A stretch of 64,000 nt of DNA. It comes from the human T2T-CHM13v2.0 reference genome, Homo sapiens. The position numbers and the translations under genes were made by a program. Location of the stretch: positions 12,576,001 to 12,640,000 of the forward strand of contig CP086569.2 in NCBI GenBank assembly GCA_009914755.4, in the 5' to 3' direction. The notes under the pieces are model-generated. The model made no database searches, had not been told where the DNA came from, and worked only from the letters and a program-made list of their open reading frames with translations. Below are positions 28,801-42,909 of this stretch, piece after piece. Positions within the stretch are counted from its first letter, which is position 1; each line of letters starts with the position of its first letter.

Positions 28801-31800
28801 GGAGTGGAATCAAATGGCCTGCAATCAAATGGAATGGAATGGAATGCAATTGAATGGAGCGGAGTGGAATCGAATGGAATGGACGCAAATGGAATGGAAT
28901 CGAACAGAATGGACAGGAATGAAATGGACTCGAATGTAATGGACTGGAACAAAAAGGAATCGAGTGGATTGGAATCGAACGGAATTTAATGTAGTGGACT
29001 CCAATGGAATGGAGTCAAATGGAATGTAATCGAATAGAATGGATTCGAATGGAATAGAATGGAGTTGAAAGGAATAGAATGGAATGGAGTGTAATGGAAA
29101 GATATCGAATGGAATGGAATGGAACGGAATGGAAACGAATGGAATGGACTGGAATTGAAAGTTCTCGAATGGAATAAACTGAAGTGGTGTGGACTCGAAT
29201 GGAATGGATATCAATGTAATGGAATGGAATGGATTGGAATGGAATTGAATGGAACAGAAAGGAAGAGAACAGAATGCAATTTGAAGGAACGGAATAGAAT
29301 GGAATGGAGTCGAATGGAATAAAGTCGAATGGAATGGCATCCGATGGAATGGAATGGAATGGAATGGAATGGAATGGAATGGAATGGAATGGAATGGATT
29401 ATAATGGAATGGATTCAAACGGAATGTACTCGAATGCAATAGAATCGAATGGAATGGCATTGAATGCAATGGAATGGAATGGAATGGACCCAAATGTTAT
29501 GGACCCAAATGGAATGGACTCAAATAGAATGGAGTTAAAGGAATGGTTTCGAATGGAATTGATTTGAATGGACTGGAATCGAATGGAATGCAATACTATG
29601 GAATGGAATCGAATGGAATTCAATAGAATGGAATCGACCAGAATGGAATGGACTGTAGTAGAAACTGACTAGAATGTAATGGATTGCAATGTAATTGATT
29701 CAAATAGACTGGAATTGAATGGAATGAAATTGTATGTAAGGGAATGGAACACAATAGAAATGAAAGCAATGGAATGCAATGGAATGCAATGGAAAGGAAA
29801 GGAGTGTAATCAAGTGGAATGGAATCGAATTTAATGGAAATGAATGGAATGTAATCGAATGGAATGGACTGGAATGGAATAGAATCGAATGGAATAGACT
29901 GGAAAAAAATGGAATCGAATTGATTGGAATCGAACGGAAAGGAATTGAATGGAATGGAAAGGAATGGAATCGATAGGAATGGAATCAAATGGAAGGGAAT
30001 CGAATGGAATGGAATCAAATAGAATGGAACTGAATGGTATCTAAAGGAATAGAATGGAATTGAGTGTAATGGAAAGATATCGATTTGAATTGAAAGAAAT
30101 GGAATGGAGTCAAATGGAATGGATAGTAATGGAATTGACTTGAATGGAATGGACTGGAGTGGAATGGAATATAATGGAATGGAAATGAATGTAATATGGA
30201 ATAGAAAGTTATAGAATGGAATGGAATTGGATGGAAAGGAATGAAATGGAATGGAGTCAAATTGAATGGAATTGAATGCAATTGCATCTAAAGGAATTGA
30301 ATGGAATGGAATGGAATGGAATGGAATGGAATGGAATGGAATGGAATGGAATGGACCCAAATGTAATGGACTCCAGTGGAGTGGACTCAAATAGAACAGA
30401 CTCGAAAGGAGTCGTTTTGAATGGAATTTCTTCGAATTGAATGTAATCGAAAAGACTGCAGTATTATAGAACAGAATCCAATGAAAAGGAATCGAATGGA
30501 ATGGACCAAAATGGAATGGGCTGGAATAGAAAGGGCTTGAATGTAATGGATTGCAATTTAAATGATGTGAATGGAATGGAATCGAATGGAATGTAACCAA
30601 ATGGAATGGAATGGAATGCAATTGAATGGAATGGAGTGGAATCGAGTGGAATGGAATCAAGTGGAGTAAACCGGAAGGGAATTGTCAGGAATTAAATGGA
30701 CTCGAATATAATGGATTGCAATGTATTTGGTTTGAATGGAATGGTTACAAATAAAATGCAATCAAACGGAAAGGAATGGTATGCAATGGAATGGAATAGA
30801 ATGGAATGCAATAAAATTTAATGGATTGGAATCGAGTGGAATGGAATCAAATGGAATAGAATCGAATCAGGTGGAATCAAATGGAATGGACTGGAATACA
30901 ATGGACCCGAATGGAATTGACTGCAACCAAATGGAACCGAAAGATTGGAATCGAAAGGAACGGATTGGAATGGAATAAATTGGAATGTACTCAAATGGAA
31001 AGGACTTGAATGGAATGGAACCGAATGGAATGGAATCGAATGGAATGGAATTGAATGGAATCGAAAGAAATAGAATGGAATGGATTGTAATGAAAAGATA
31101 TGGAATGGAATGGAATGGAATGGAATGGAATGGAATGGAATGGAATGGAATGGATTCTAATGGAATGGTGTCGAATGGAATGAAATTGAATGGAATGGAA
31201 TCGAATGTAATGAAATTGAATAGAATCAAAAGGAATAGAATGGAAAGGAATGGAATGGAAAGATATCGAATGAAAAGGAATGGAATGAAATGGACTCGAA
31301 TGGAATGGATTGGAATGGAATGCACTTGAATGGAGTGGACTGGAGAAGAATGGACTCAAATGGAAAACAAACGAATGGAATGGCATGGAATGGAATCGAA
31401 TGGAATGCAATAGAACGGAATGGAATTGGATGGAATGGAAAGGAATGGAATGGAGTCGAATGGAATATAATCGAAAGGAATGCAAAGAATGGAAAGGAAA
31501 GGAATGGAATGGAATGGAATGGAATGGAATGGAATGGAATGGAATGGAATGGACTCGAACGGAATGGACTAGAAAGGAATAGAATCGAATAGAATGGCAG
31601 CGAGTGGAATGGAACGGAATTGAACGGAATGGAAAGGAAGCAAACTTAATGGAATCCAAAGGAATGGACTCAAATAGAATGGACAAGAAGGCAAGGGTCT
31701 ATACTGGAATTTATTCGAATAGAATGGTATCATATGGAATGCAATAGTATGGAATGGAATTGAATCAAATGGAATAGAATCGGATGGACCGGAATAAAAT

Positions 31801-33544
31801 GTATTGGAATAGAATGGACTCGAATGTAATTGATTACAATTAAATTGATTCGAATGGAATGGAATCGAGTTTAATATAATCAAATGGAATGGGGTGGAAT
31901 GCAATGGAATAGAATAGAATGGAATGCAATGAAATGGAATAGAATAGAATGCAACGGAAAGGGACAGAGTGGAATCGAGTGGAAACGAATCGAATGGGAA
32001 GGAATTGAATGGAATGGAATCGAATGAAATGGACTGGAATGTAATGGAATCAAGTGGAATGGACTCGAACAAAATGGAATCAAATGGATTTGAATCAAAA
32101 GGAACGGAATGGAATGGAATGGAATGCAATGGACTCGAATGGAATTGAGTCCAATGAAACGGAATTGAATAGAATGGAATGAAATGGAATGTATTTGAAT
32201 GGAATCACGAGGAATAGAATGGAATGGAGTGAAATGGAATGATATCGAATGTAATGTAATGGAATGTAATGGAATGGACTCGAATGGAATTGAATGGAAA
32301 GGAATGGACCCGAATGAAACTGATTGGTGTGGAATGGAATCGAATGGAATGGAAAGGAAAGGAATGGAATGGAAAGGAATAGGATGGAATGGAATGGATG
32401 GAATGGAATGGAATGGAATGGAATGGAGTCGAATGGAATAGAATCAAAAGGTTTGGCCTTCACTGGAATGGAATGGAATTTAATGGAATGGAATGGACTC
32501 GAATGGAATGGACTCTAATGGGTTAGAATCGAATGGAATGGCATGGAATGGAAAGGAAATGAATGGAATGGAATGGAAAGGAATGTAAAGGACCCAAATG
32601 TAATGGACTCGAATAGAATGGACTCAAATAGAATGGACAGAAAAGGAAAGGTATCGAATATAATTTATTCAAATAGAAAGGAATAGAAAGTAATTCAATA
32701 TTATGTAATGGAATCGAATGGAATGGAATCGAATGGAATGTACCAGAATGGAATGGACTGGGATAGAACGGACTCAAATGTGATGGATAGAAATGTATTT
32801 GATTCAAATGCCTTGCAATCGAATGAAATGAAATCAAATGGAATGGAAGGGAATTAAATGGAATGGAAGATTATAGAAATCAATAGAATGGAAGGTAGTG
32901 GAATTGAGTGGAATGGCATCGAATGGAATGTAATCGAATGGAATGGACTGGAAAGGAATGGATTCGAATGGAATGGAATGGAACAAAATGTAATAGAACG
33001 GATTGAAGTCGAACGGAAAGGAATGAAATGGAATGGAAAGGAATGGAATGAAATGCACTATAATGGAATGGAGTCGAATGTAATGGAATCGAATGTAATG
33101 GAATCAAATGGAATGGAATCTAGTGGAATGAAATTGAACAGAATCGAAAGGAAAAGAATGGAATGGAGTACAATGGAAAGATATCGAATGGAATGGAATA
33201 GAATGGAATGGACTTGAAAGGAATGGAGGGCAATGGAGTGGAGTTTAGTGGAATGCACTCGAATGGAATGGAAACAAATGGAATCGAATGGAATGGAATG
33301 AAATGGAAAGGAATGGAATGGGATGGACAGGAAGAGAATGGAATGGTATCACATGGAACGGAATTGAATGGACTGGAGATGAAATTAATAGAACACAATG
33401 GAATGGCATTGAATGGAATGGAATGCAAAGAAATGGAATAGACTCGAATGGAATGGACTCAAAAGGAATAGAATGGAATGGAATGGCATCCATAGGAATG
33501 GAATGCAATGGAATGGAATGGAATGGAATGGAATGGAATGGAAT

Positions 33545-33611
33545 GGGATGGGATGGGATGGGATGGGATGGGATGGGATGGGATGGGATGGAATGGAATG
33601 GGATGGGGTGG
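33545..33611 (+). repeat. (GGGAT)9 variant-pentamer run, followed by GGAATGGAATGGGATGGGGTGG. It contains 11 consecutive G3+ tracts separated by 2-nt AT loops
   Basis: Direct reading: gggatgggatggg... x9 at 33545-33589, then gggat and ggggtgg to 33611. The ORF track shows MGWDGMGWDGMGWDG on + and HPIPSHPIPSHPIPSH on -. Confidence 0.9.
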
Positions 33612-36600
33612 TTTAAAATGTAATGGACACGAATGGATTGGACTCAAATACAATGGACTCGAAAGGAATGGTTTTTAATGGAATTTATTCGAATGGAATG
33701 GAATTGAAAGGAAAGCAATAGTATGGAATGGAATCGAATGGAATGCACCGGAATGGAATGAAAGCTATAGAACGGATTCGAATGTAGTGGATTGCAACAT
33801 AGTTGATTCTAATAAACAGGAATTGAATGGAATAGAATCAAATGGAATGGAATGGAATGGAATGGAATGGAACAGAGTGCAATTGAGTGGAATGAAATCG
33901 AATGGAGTGGAAAAGAATCGAATGAAATAATATGGAAAGGACCTTGATGGAATGGACTCGAATGGAATGGAATGGAAAAAAATAGAATCAAACGGATTGG
34001 AATCGAGCAGAAAGGAATGGAATGGAATAGACTGGAATAGAACAGACTCGAATGTAATATACTGCAATTTAATTGATTTGAATGGAAAGGAATTGTATGG
34101 AATGTATTCAAATGGATTGGAATCGAAAGCAGTGGAATGGAAGAGAGGGGAGTGCAATGGAATGAAACGGAGTAGAACTCAGTGGAATGGAATTGAATGG
34201 AATGCAATCGAATGGAATAGAATCAAATGGAATGGAATCGATTGGAAAGGACTGGTGTGGAATGGACTCGAAAGGAATGGAAACAATTGTAATGGAATGG
34301 AATGGAATGAAAAGGAATGAAATGGTGTGGAATCAGATGGAACAGAATGGAATGGAATGGATTCGAATGGAATAATATCCATTGGAATGACGTCGAATGG
34401 AATGGAATGGAATGGAGAGGAATGGAATGAAATGGTATATACTCGAATTGAATGAACTCCAATGGAATAGAATCGAATGGAATGGCATCGAATTGAATGG
34501 AATGGAATGGAATGGACCCAAAAATAGTGGACACAAAAGGAATGGACTCAAATAGAATGTATTCGAATGGAATGGTCTTGAATGGAATTTATTCGAATAC
34601 AATGGAATCGAAAGGAATTCAGTGGATTGGAATGGAATCGAATGCAATGGAATCGAATGGAATGAATCGGAATGGAATGGAAGGGAATACAATGGAATCG
34701 AACATAATGGAGTTCAATGTAATTGATTAGAATGGAATGGTATCGAATGGAATGTAATCAAATGGAATGGAAAGGAATGCAATGGAATGGAAAAGAATGG
34801 AATGCAATGGAATAGAATGGAGTCAAATTGAGTGGAATGGAATCATATGGAATTGATTCAAATGGAATGGATTCGTTTGGAATGCACTGGAATGGAATGG
34901 ATTAGAATGGAATGGACTGGAAAAAATTTGAATCAAAAGGTTTGGAATCGAATGGCACGGAATAAAATGGAATGGAATGGAATGGACACAAACGAAATGG
35001 AGTCGAATGGAATGGACTGGATTGGAATTGAATGGAATGGAAACGAGTGGTTTGGAATGGATTGGAATGGAATGGAATGCAGAATGGAATGGAATGGAAT
35101 GGAATGGAAATTAAAAGAATGGAATGCAATCGGATGGAATGGAAAGGAATGGAATGGAGTCGAATGGAATAGAATAGAATGCAATGTCATCAAATGGAAT
35201 GGAAAGGAATGGAATGGAATGGAATGGACTCGAATGGAATGGGTTCGAAGGGTATAGAGTCGAATGGAATGGCAATGAATGGAAAGGAGTGGAATGGAAT
35301 AGAATGGACTCAAATGTAATGGACTCAAATGGAATGGACTCAAGTAGAATGGACTCAAAACAATGGTCTCGAATGGTATTTCTTCGAATGCAATGGAATC
35401 GAATGGAATGCAATAGTATGCAATGGAATCTAATGGAATGGAATCGAAGGGAATGGACCGGAATGCAATGAACTGGAATGGAACTGACTCAAATGTAATG
35501 GATTGCAAAGTAATTGATTCGAATGGAATGGAATCGAATGACATGGAATGGAAACGAATGGAATGGAAAGGAATGGAATGGAATGGAAAAGAATAGAATG
35601 GAATGGAATCAGAAGGAACAAAATGGAATGGAATGAGGTTGAATGGAATAGAAACGAAAGGAATGCCAACAAATGGAATGGACTCAAATGGAATGGACTC
35701 GAATGTAATGGAAGAGAATGGAATGTCATTGAATGAAATGGAATAGAACAGAAGGAAATGGACCCAAATGTAATGGACTCGAATGGAATGGACTCAAACA
35801 GAATGGACTTGAAAAAAATGGTCTCCAATGAAATTTATTCGTATAGAATGGAACTGAATGGAATGCCATTGTATGGAATGGAATTGAATGGAATGGAACT
35901 GAATGGAACGGACCGGAATGGAATGGACTGGAATAGAACGGATTTGAAAGTAATTGTTTGCAATTTAATAGATTCGAATGGAATGAAATCGAAAGGAATG
36001 TAATCAAATGGAATGGAATGGAATGCAATGGAAAGGAATAGAATGGAATGCAAGGAAATGGAATAAAATGGAATTCAACGGAAAGAACGCATTGGAATGG
36101 GGTGGAATGGAAATGCATTGAATGGAATCGAATGCAATGGAATGGAATGGAATAGAATAGACTGGAATGGAAAGGAAACGAATGGAATGGGCTGGAAGAA
36201 TATTGAATAGAACTGATTGAAATCGAACCAAAAGGAATGGAATGGAATGGAGTTGAATGGAATGGAGTGGAATGGAATGCAACTGAAAGGAATGGAATTG
36301 AATGGAATCAAAAGGATTAGAACAGAATGGAGTGTAATGGAAAAATATCGAATGAAATAGAATGGACTCGATTGGAATGGACTATAATGGAAAGAACTCC
36401 AATGGAATGAACTGGAGTGGAATGGACTCGAATGGAATGGAAACGAAAGGAATGGAATGGAATGGAAAGGAATGGAATGGAATGGAATGGAATGGAATGG
36501 AATGGAATGGAATGGAATGGAATGGAATAAAATGGAACGGATTCAGGCGGAACAGAATGGAATGGAATGGAATCGAATGGAATAAAATCGAAGGCAATGG

Positions 36601-39600
36601 CATCAAATGGATGGAATGGAATAGAATGGAACGGACTTCAATGGAATAGAATCGAATGGAAGGGCATCAAATGGAATGGATTGGAATTGAAAGGAATGTA
36701 ATGGAATGGACCCAAATGTAATGGACTCGAATAGAATGGATTCAAATAGAATGTACTCGAAAAGAATGATCTCGAATGGAATTTATTCCAAAAGATTGCA
36801 ATCAAAAGGAATGCAATAGTATGGAATGGAATCGAATGAATTGAATTGAATGGAATGGACAGGAATGGAATGGACTGTAATAGAGTGGACATGAATGTAA
36901 TGGATTGCAATGTAATTGATTCGAAAGGAATGCAATCAATTGGAATGGAATGGAATGCAATGGAATGGAATAGAATGGAATGGAAGGGAATATAATGAAA
37001 TGGAATGGAAGGGAATATAATGAAATGCAATGGAATGGAATCGAATGAAATGGAATCCAATGGAATGGAATCGAACGGAATGGACTGAAATGGAAAGGAG
37101 TCGAAAATAATGGACTGGAAAAAAATGGAATCAAACGGATTGTAATCGAACGGAGCAGAATGGAATGGCACGGAAGAGAATGGAATCGAACAGAATGGAG
37201 TCGAATGGAATGGAATCCAATGGAATGGAATTGAATGGAGTTGAAAGGAATAGAATGGAATGGAGTGTCATGGAAAGGTATCAAATGGAATGGAAGAAAT
37301 GGAATGGACAGAAATACAATGGACTGGAATGGACTGGACTTAAATGGAATGGGCTGTAGTGGAATGGACTCGAATGAAATGGTAACAAATGGAATGGAAT
37401 GGAATGGAATGGAAAGTAATAGAATGGAATGGAATCAGATGGAAAGGAATGGAAAGGAATGGACTCGAAGGGAATAGAATAGAATGGAATGGCATCAAAT
37501 GGAATGGAATGGAATAGAATGGAATGGAATGGACTCGATGGGAATGTAGTCGAATGGAATGGAATCGAATTGATTGGAATTGAATAGAATGGATTTGAAT
37601 GGAATTGTAAGGAATAAAATGGAATGAAGTGTAATGGAAAGATATCGTATGGGACGGAATAGAATGGATTCCAAAGGAATGGACCGAAATGGAATGGACT
37701 CATATGGAATGGACTGCAGTGAAATGGACTCACATGGAATGGAAACAAATGGTATGGAATGGAATGGATTGGAATGGAATGGAATGGAATGGAATGGAAT
37801 GGAATGGAATGGAATGGAATAGAACAGAATAGAATGGATTGGAATAGAATGGAATGGAGTCAGATGGAATGGAATGGATTGGAATGGAGACGAATTGAAG
37901 ATAATCCAATGGAATTGCATCAAATGGAATGGAATGGACTCGAATTGAATAATCGAATGGAATAGAATTAACTGCAATGGCATGGCATCAAATGGAAAGG
38001 CATGGAATTGATTGGGATGTACCCGAATGAAATGGACTAGAAAGGAATGGACTCAAATAGAATGAAGTCAAAAGGAAGGGTCTCGAATGGAATTTATTCG
38101 AATAGACTGGAATTGAATGTAATGCAATAATATGGAATGGAATTGAATGATATGGAATCTAATGGAATGGACCCGAATGGAATGGACTGGAATACAATGG
38201 ACTCGAATGTAATGGATTGCAATGAAATTGATTCGAATGGAATGGATTCGAAAGGAAAGTAATCAAATGGAATGGAATGGAATGCAATTTAATTGAATAG
38301 AATGGAATTCAATGGAATGGAATGGAGTGGAATCGAGTTGAATGGAATTGAATGGAATGGGATTGAATCGTATAGAATCGAATGGAATGGACTGGAATGG
38401 AATGGACTCTAATGGAATGGACTGGAACAAAATGGAATTGAACTGAATGGAACAGAATGGAATGAAATGGAATGGAATCGAATGGAATGGAATTGAAAGG
38501 AATTGAAAGGAATAGAATAGAAAGGAGTCTAACGAAAAGATATTGAATGGAATGGAAAGGAATGGAATGGTCTGGAATGGAATGGACTGGAGGGGAATGG
38601 ACGTGAATCGAACGAAAATGAATGGAATGGGAAGAACAGGAAAGGAATGGAATGGAAAGGAATATAATGGAATGCTATTGTACAGAACAGAATGGAATGG
38701 AGTCGAATGGAATAGAATCAAAGGGAATGGCAGTGAATGGAATGGAATGAAATGGAATAGAATGTAATTAAATGAAATGGACTAGAATGGAAAGGATTTG
38801 AATGGAATCGAATGGAATGGAATCGCTTCAAATGGAACCGAGTGGAATGATATGGAATGGAATGGAAAGGAATAGGATGGAATGCAGTGGAATGGAATAG
38901 AGTTGAATGGAATAGAATCCATTGGAATGACATCGAATGGAATGGAATGGACTTGAATGGATGGACTCAAATGGAATAGAAACGAATGTAATGGCATCGA
39001 ATGGAATGGAATGGAATGGATTGAAATGGAACGGACTTCAATGCAACACAATCGAATGGAATAGATTCGAATGGAATGGCATCGAATGGAATGGATATGA
39101 ATGTTCTGGAATGGACCCAAAAGTAATTGACTCGAATGGAGTGGATTCAAACAGAATGGATTCGAATGGAATGGCCTCGATTGGAATTTATTCAAATAGA
39201 ATGGAATCGAATGGAATGCAATACTACGAAATGGAATAGAATGAAATGGAATCGAATGGAATGGACCTGAATAGAATGGAATGGAATAGAACGGGCTCGA
39301 ATATAATGGATTGCAATGTAACTGATTATAATGGAAAGGAATCGAATGGAAAGTAATCAAAGGGAATGGAAAGGAATGCAATGGAATGGAGTAGAATGGA
39401 ATGCAATGGAATGGAACGGAATGGAATCGAGTGGAAAGGAATCGAATGGAACGGAATTGAATGGAATGAAATCTGCTGGAAAGAACTGGAATGCAATGGA
39501 CTCGAATGGAATGAACTGGAACAAATGGAATCGAAGGGATTGGAATCAAACTAAATGGAATGTAATGGAATGGAATGTCCTCGAATGGAATGGAGTCGAA

Positions 39601-42600
39601 TGGAATGCAAATGAGTGGAATCGAAAGCAATAGAATGAAATGGAGTGTAATGGAAAGATATCAAAAGTAATGGAATGAAACGGAATCGAACGGAATGGAG
39701 TGGAAAGGAATGGACTCAAATGTAATGAACAGGAGTGCAATGGACTCGAATGGATTGGAAAATAATGGAATGGAATGGAATGGAATGGAATGGAATGGAA
39801 TGGAATGGAATGAAATGGAAAGGAATAGAATGGAACAGAAATGGATGGAACAGAATGGAAGGGAATGGAGTCGAATGGAATAGAATCGAATGGAATGACA
39901 TCAAATGGAATGGAATGGGATGGACTAGAAAGGAATGGACTTGTAGGGAATTGAATACAATGGAACGGAATGGAATGGAATGGAAAGGAAGAGAATGGAA
40001 TGGATTAGAATGGAATGGAATGGACCCAAATGTAATGGACTGGAATGAAATAGATTCAAATAGAATGTCCTCGAAAGTAAAGGTCTCGAATTTTATTCCA
40101 CTTAAATGGAATCGAATGTAATGCAATAATAGGGTATGGAATTGAATGGAATGGAATTCAATACAATGGACAGAAATGGAATGGACTGCAATACAACAGA
40201 CTCCAAGGTAATGGAATGATATGTAATTAATTCAAGTGGAATGGATCCAATGGAATGTAATCAAATGGAATTGAATTTCATGCAATGGAAAGGAATAGAT
40301 TGGAAAGCAATGACATGGAACAGAATGGATTCGAGAGAAATGGAATCGAACGGAATGGAATTGAAAGGAATGGAATCAAATGGAATGGAATGGAATGGAA
40401 TGGAATGGATTCGAATGAAATGGACTGGAATGAAATAGAATTGAACGGATTGGAATGGAATGGAATGCAATGGAATGGAATCGAATGGAATGGAGTCAAA
40501 TGGAGTGGAATCGATTGGAATGGAATTGAATGGAATCAAAATGAATAGAATGGAATGGAAGGGAATGGAAAGATATCGAATGAAATGGAATGGAATGGAC
40601 TCGAAAGGAATGGACTGGAATGGAATGGACTTGAATGGAATTTAATGGAGTGGAATGGCACTCCAATGGATTGGAAACGAATGGAATAGAATGGAAACAA
40701 TAGAATGAAATGAAATCGGATGTAACGGAATGGAATGGAATAGAGTAGAATGGAATAGATTCAAATAGAATGTCTTTGAATGGAATGGAATGGAATCAAA
40801 CGGAATGGAATCAAATGGAATGCAAAGGAATGAAATGAGAAGGAATACAATGAAATGGAATGGCATGGAATGGTATGGAATGGAATGGTGTCGAAAGAAA
40901 TAGAATCGAATGGAATGACATCGTTTCGAAAGGAAAGGAATGGAATGGAATGGAATAGAATGGAATTGACGCAAGTGGAATAGAATAGAATGGAATGGTT
41001 TAGAATGGAATGGAATGGAATGGAATGGAAAGGAATGGACCCAAATGTAATGGACCCGAATGGAATGAAATCAAATACAATGCCCTAGAAAGGAATGGTC
41101 TCGAATGGAATTTATTTGAATAGAATGGAATCGAATTTAATATAATTTTATGGTATGGAATCGAATGGAATGGAATCGAACGGAATGGATCGGAATGAAA
41201 TGGAATGAAATAGAACAGACTCGAATGTAATGGTCTGCAATGTAATTTATTCGAATGGAATGGAATCAAATGGAATGTAATCAAATGGAGTTGAACGGAA
41301 TGCAACAGAATGGAATAGAATGGAATGCAGTATAAAGGAACGGAGTTCAATAGAGTGAAATGGAATCGAATGAAATGGAGTCGAATGGAATGAAATTGAA
41401 TGGAATGTACAGGAATGGAATGGACTCGAATGGAACGGACTGGAACAAAATGGAATCGAATGGATTGATATAGAACTGTACAGAATGGAATGGAATGGAA
41501 GACAATGGATCCGAAAGGAATGGAGTTGAATCGAATGGAACTGAATCTAATGGAATTGAATGCTGTCGAAAGGAATAGAATGGAATGGAGTGTAATGGAA
41601 ACGTATCGAATGGAATGGAATGGAATGGACTCGAATGGAATGGGCTGGAGTGGATAGGGCTGGAATAGAATGGACCTGAGAGGTATGGACTCGAATAGAA
41701 TGGAAACAAACGGAATTTAATAGAAAGGAATAGAATGGAATGCAAACGGATGGAACGGAACGGAATGGAATATATCCCAATGGAATAAAATTGAATGGAA
41801 TTGCATCGAATTTAATGCAATGGAATGGAATGGACTTGAAAGGGATTGACTAGAATGGAATAGATAGACTGGAATGGCACTCAATGGAATGGAATGGAAT
41901 GGACAAAATGTAATGGACTAGAATGGAATTGACTCAAATAGAATGGACTCGAAAGAATGGTCTGGAATTGAATATATTCAAATGGAATGGAATTGAATAT
42001 GAAGCAATAGTATGGAATGGAATCGAATGGAATGGAATCAAACGGAATGGACCAGAATGCAATGGATTGCAATAGAATGGACTCGAATGTAATGGATTGC
42101 ACTGTAATAGATTCAAAGAGAATGGAACCGAATGAAATGCAATCAAAGGTAATAGAATGGAAGGACATGGAATAGAATAGGATGTGACACAATGGAATGG
42201 AATAGAATGGAATGCATTGGAATGGAACGGAGAGGAATCGAGCAGAATGGAATCCAACGGAAAGGAATTGAAGGGAATGGAATCGAATGGAATGGACTGG
42301 AATGGAATGGACTGAAATGCAAATGACTGGAACAAACTAGAATCGAACGGAATGGAATCAAACGGCATGGAATGGAATGGATTGGAGTGGAATGGAACGG
42401 AATGGAAGGAAAGGACTCGACTGAAATGGAACCGAATGGAATGGAATTGAAAAGAATGGAATTGAAGGAATTTAAAAAAAGAGAATAGAATGGAATGGAA
42501 TGGAAAGAAATCGAATCTAATGGAATGGTCTCGAATGGAATGGACTAGAATGTAATGGACCTGAATGGAAGGGACTGGAGTGGAATGGACACAAATGGAA

Positions 42601-42889
42601 TGGAATGGTATGGAATAGATTGGAATGGAACAGAATGGAATGGAATTGGAAAGAATGAATGGAATGGAATGGAGTCAAATGGAGTAGAATCGAGTGGAAT
42701 GGCATCGAAAGGAATGGAATAGAAATGATTCAAGTGGAAGGGACTCGAATGCAATGGACTTGAATGGAATAGAATGGAATTGAATGACTTGGAATGGAAT
42801 GGACTCGAATGGAATGATCATGAATGGAAAAGATTGGAAGGAATGGAATGGAATGGAATGGAATGGAATGGAATGGAATGGAATGGAAT

Positions 42890-42909
42890 GGAGTGGAGTG
42901 GAGTGGAGT
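42890..42909 (+). repeat. (GGAGT)4 micro-expansion at the end of a (GGAAT)~10 run
   Basis: Direct reading: ggagtggagtggagtggagt. Confidence 0.85.

Noticed and set aside
40075-40140. Short non-pentameric stretches (40080 aaggtctcgaattttattccacttaaatgg; 17325 gaaatgtactactgaaaaaacgg; 55725 ggactggaaaaaaaaatgg; 47470 ggaaccggtaggaacgg); considered as possible TE or unique-sequence insertions.
   Set aside because: Each is under 40 bp. Each can be aligned to the usual anchor or spacer consensus with a few substitutions or a small indel. None has a target-site duplication or a poly-A plus element body. They are ordinary satellite divergence.
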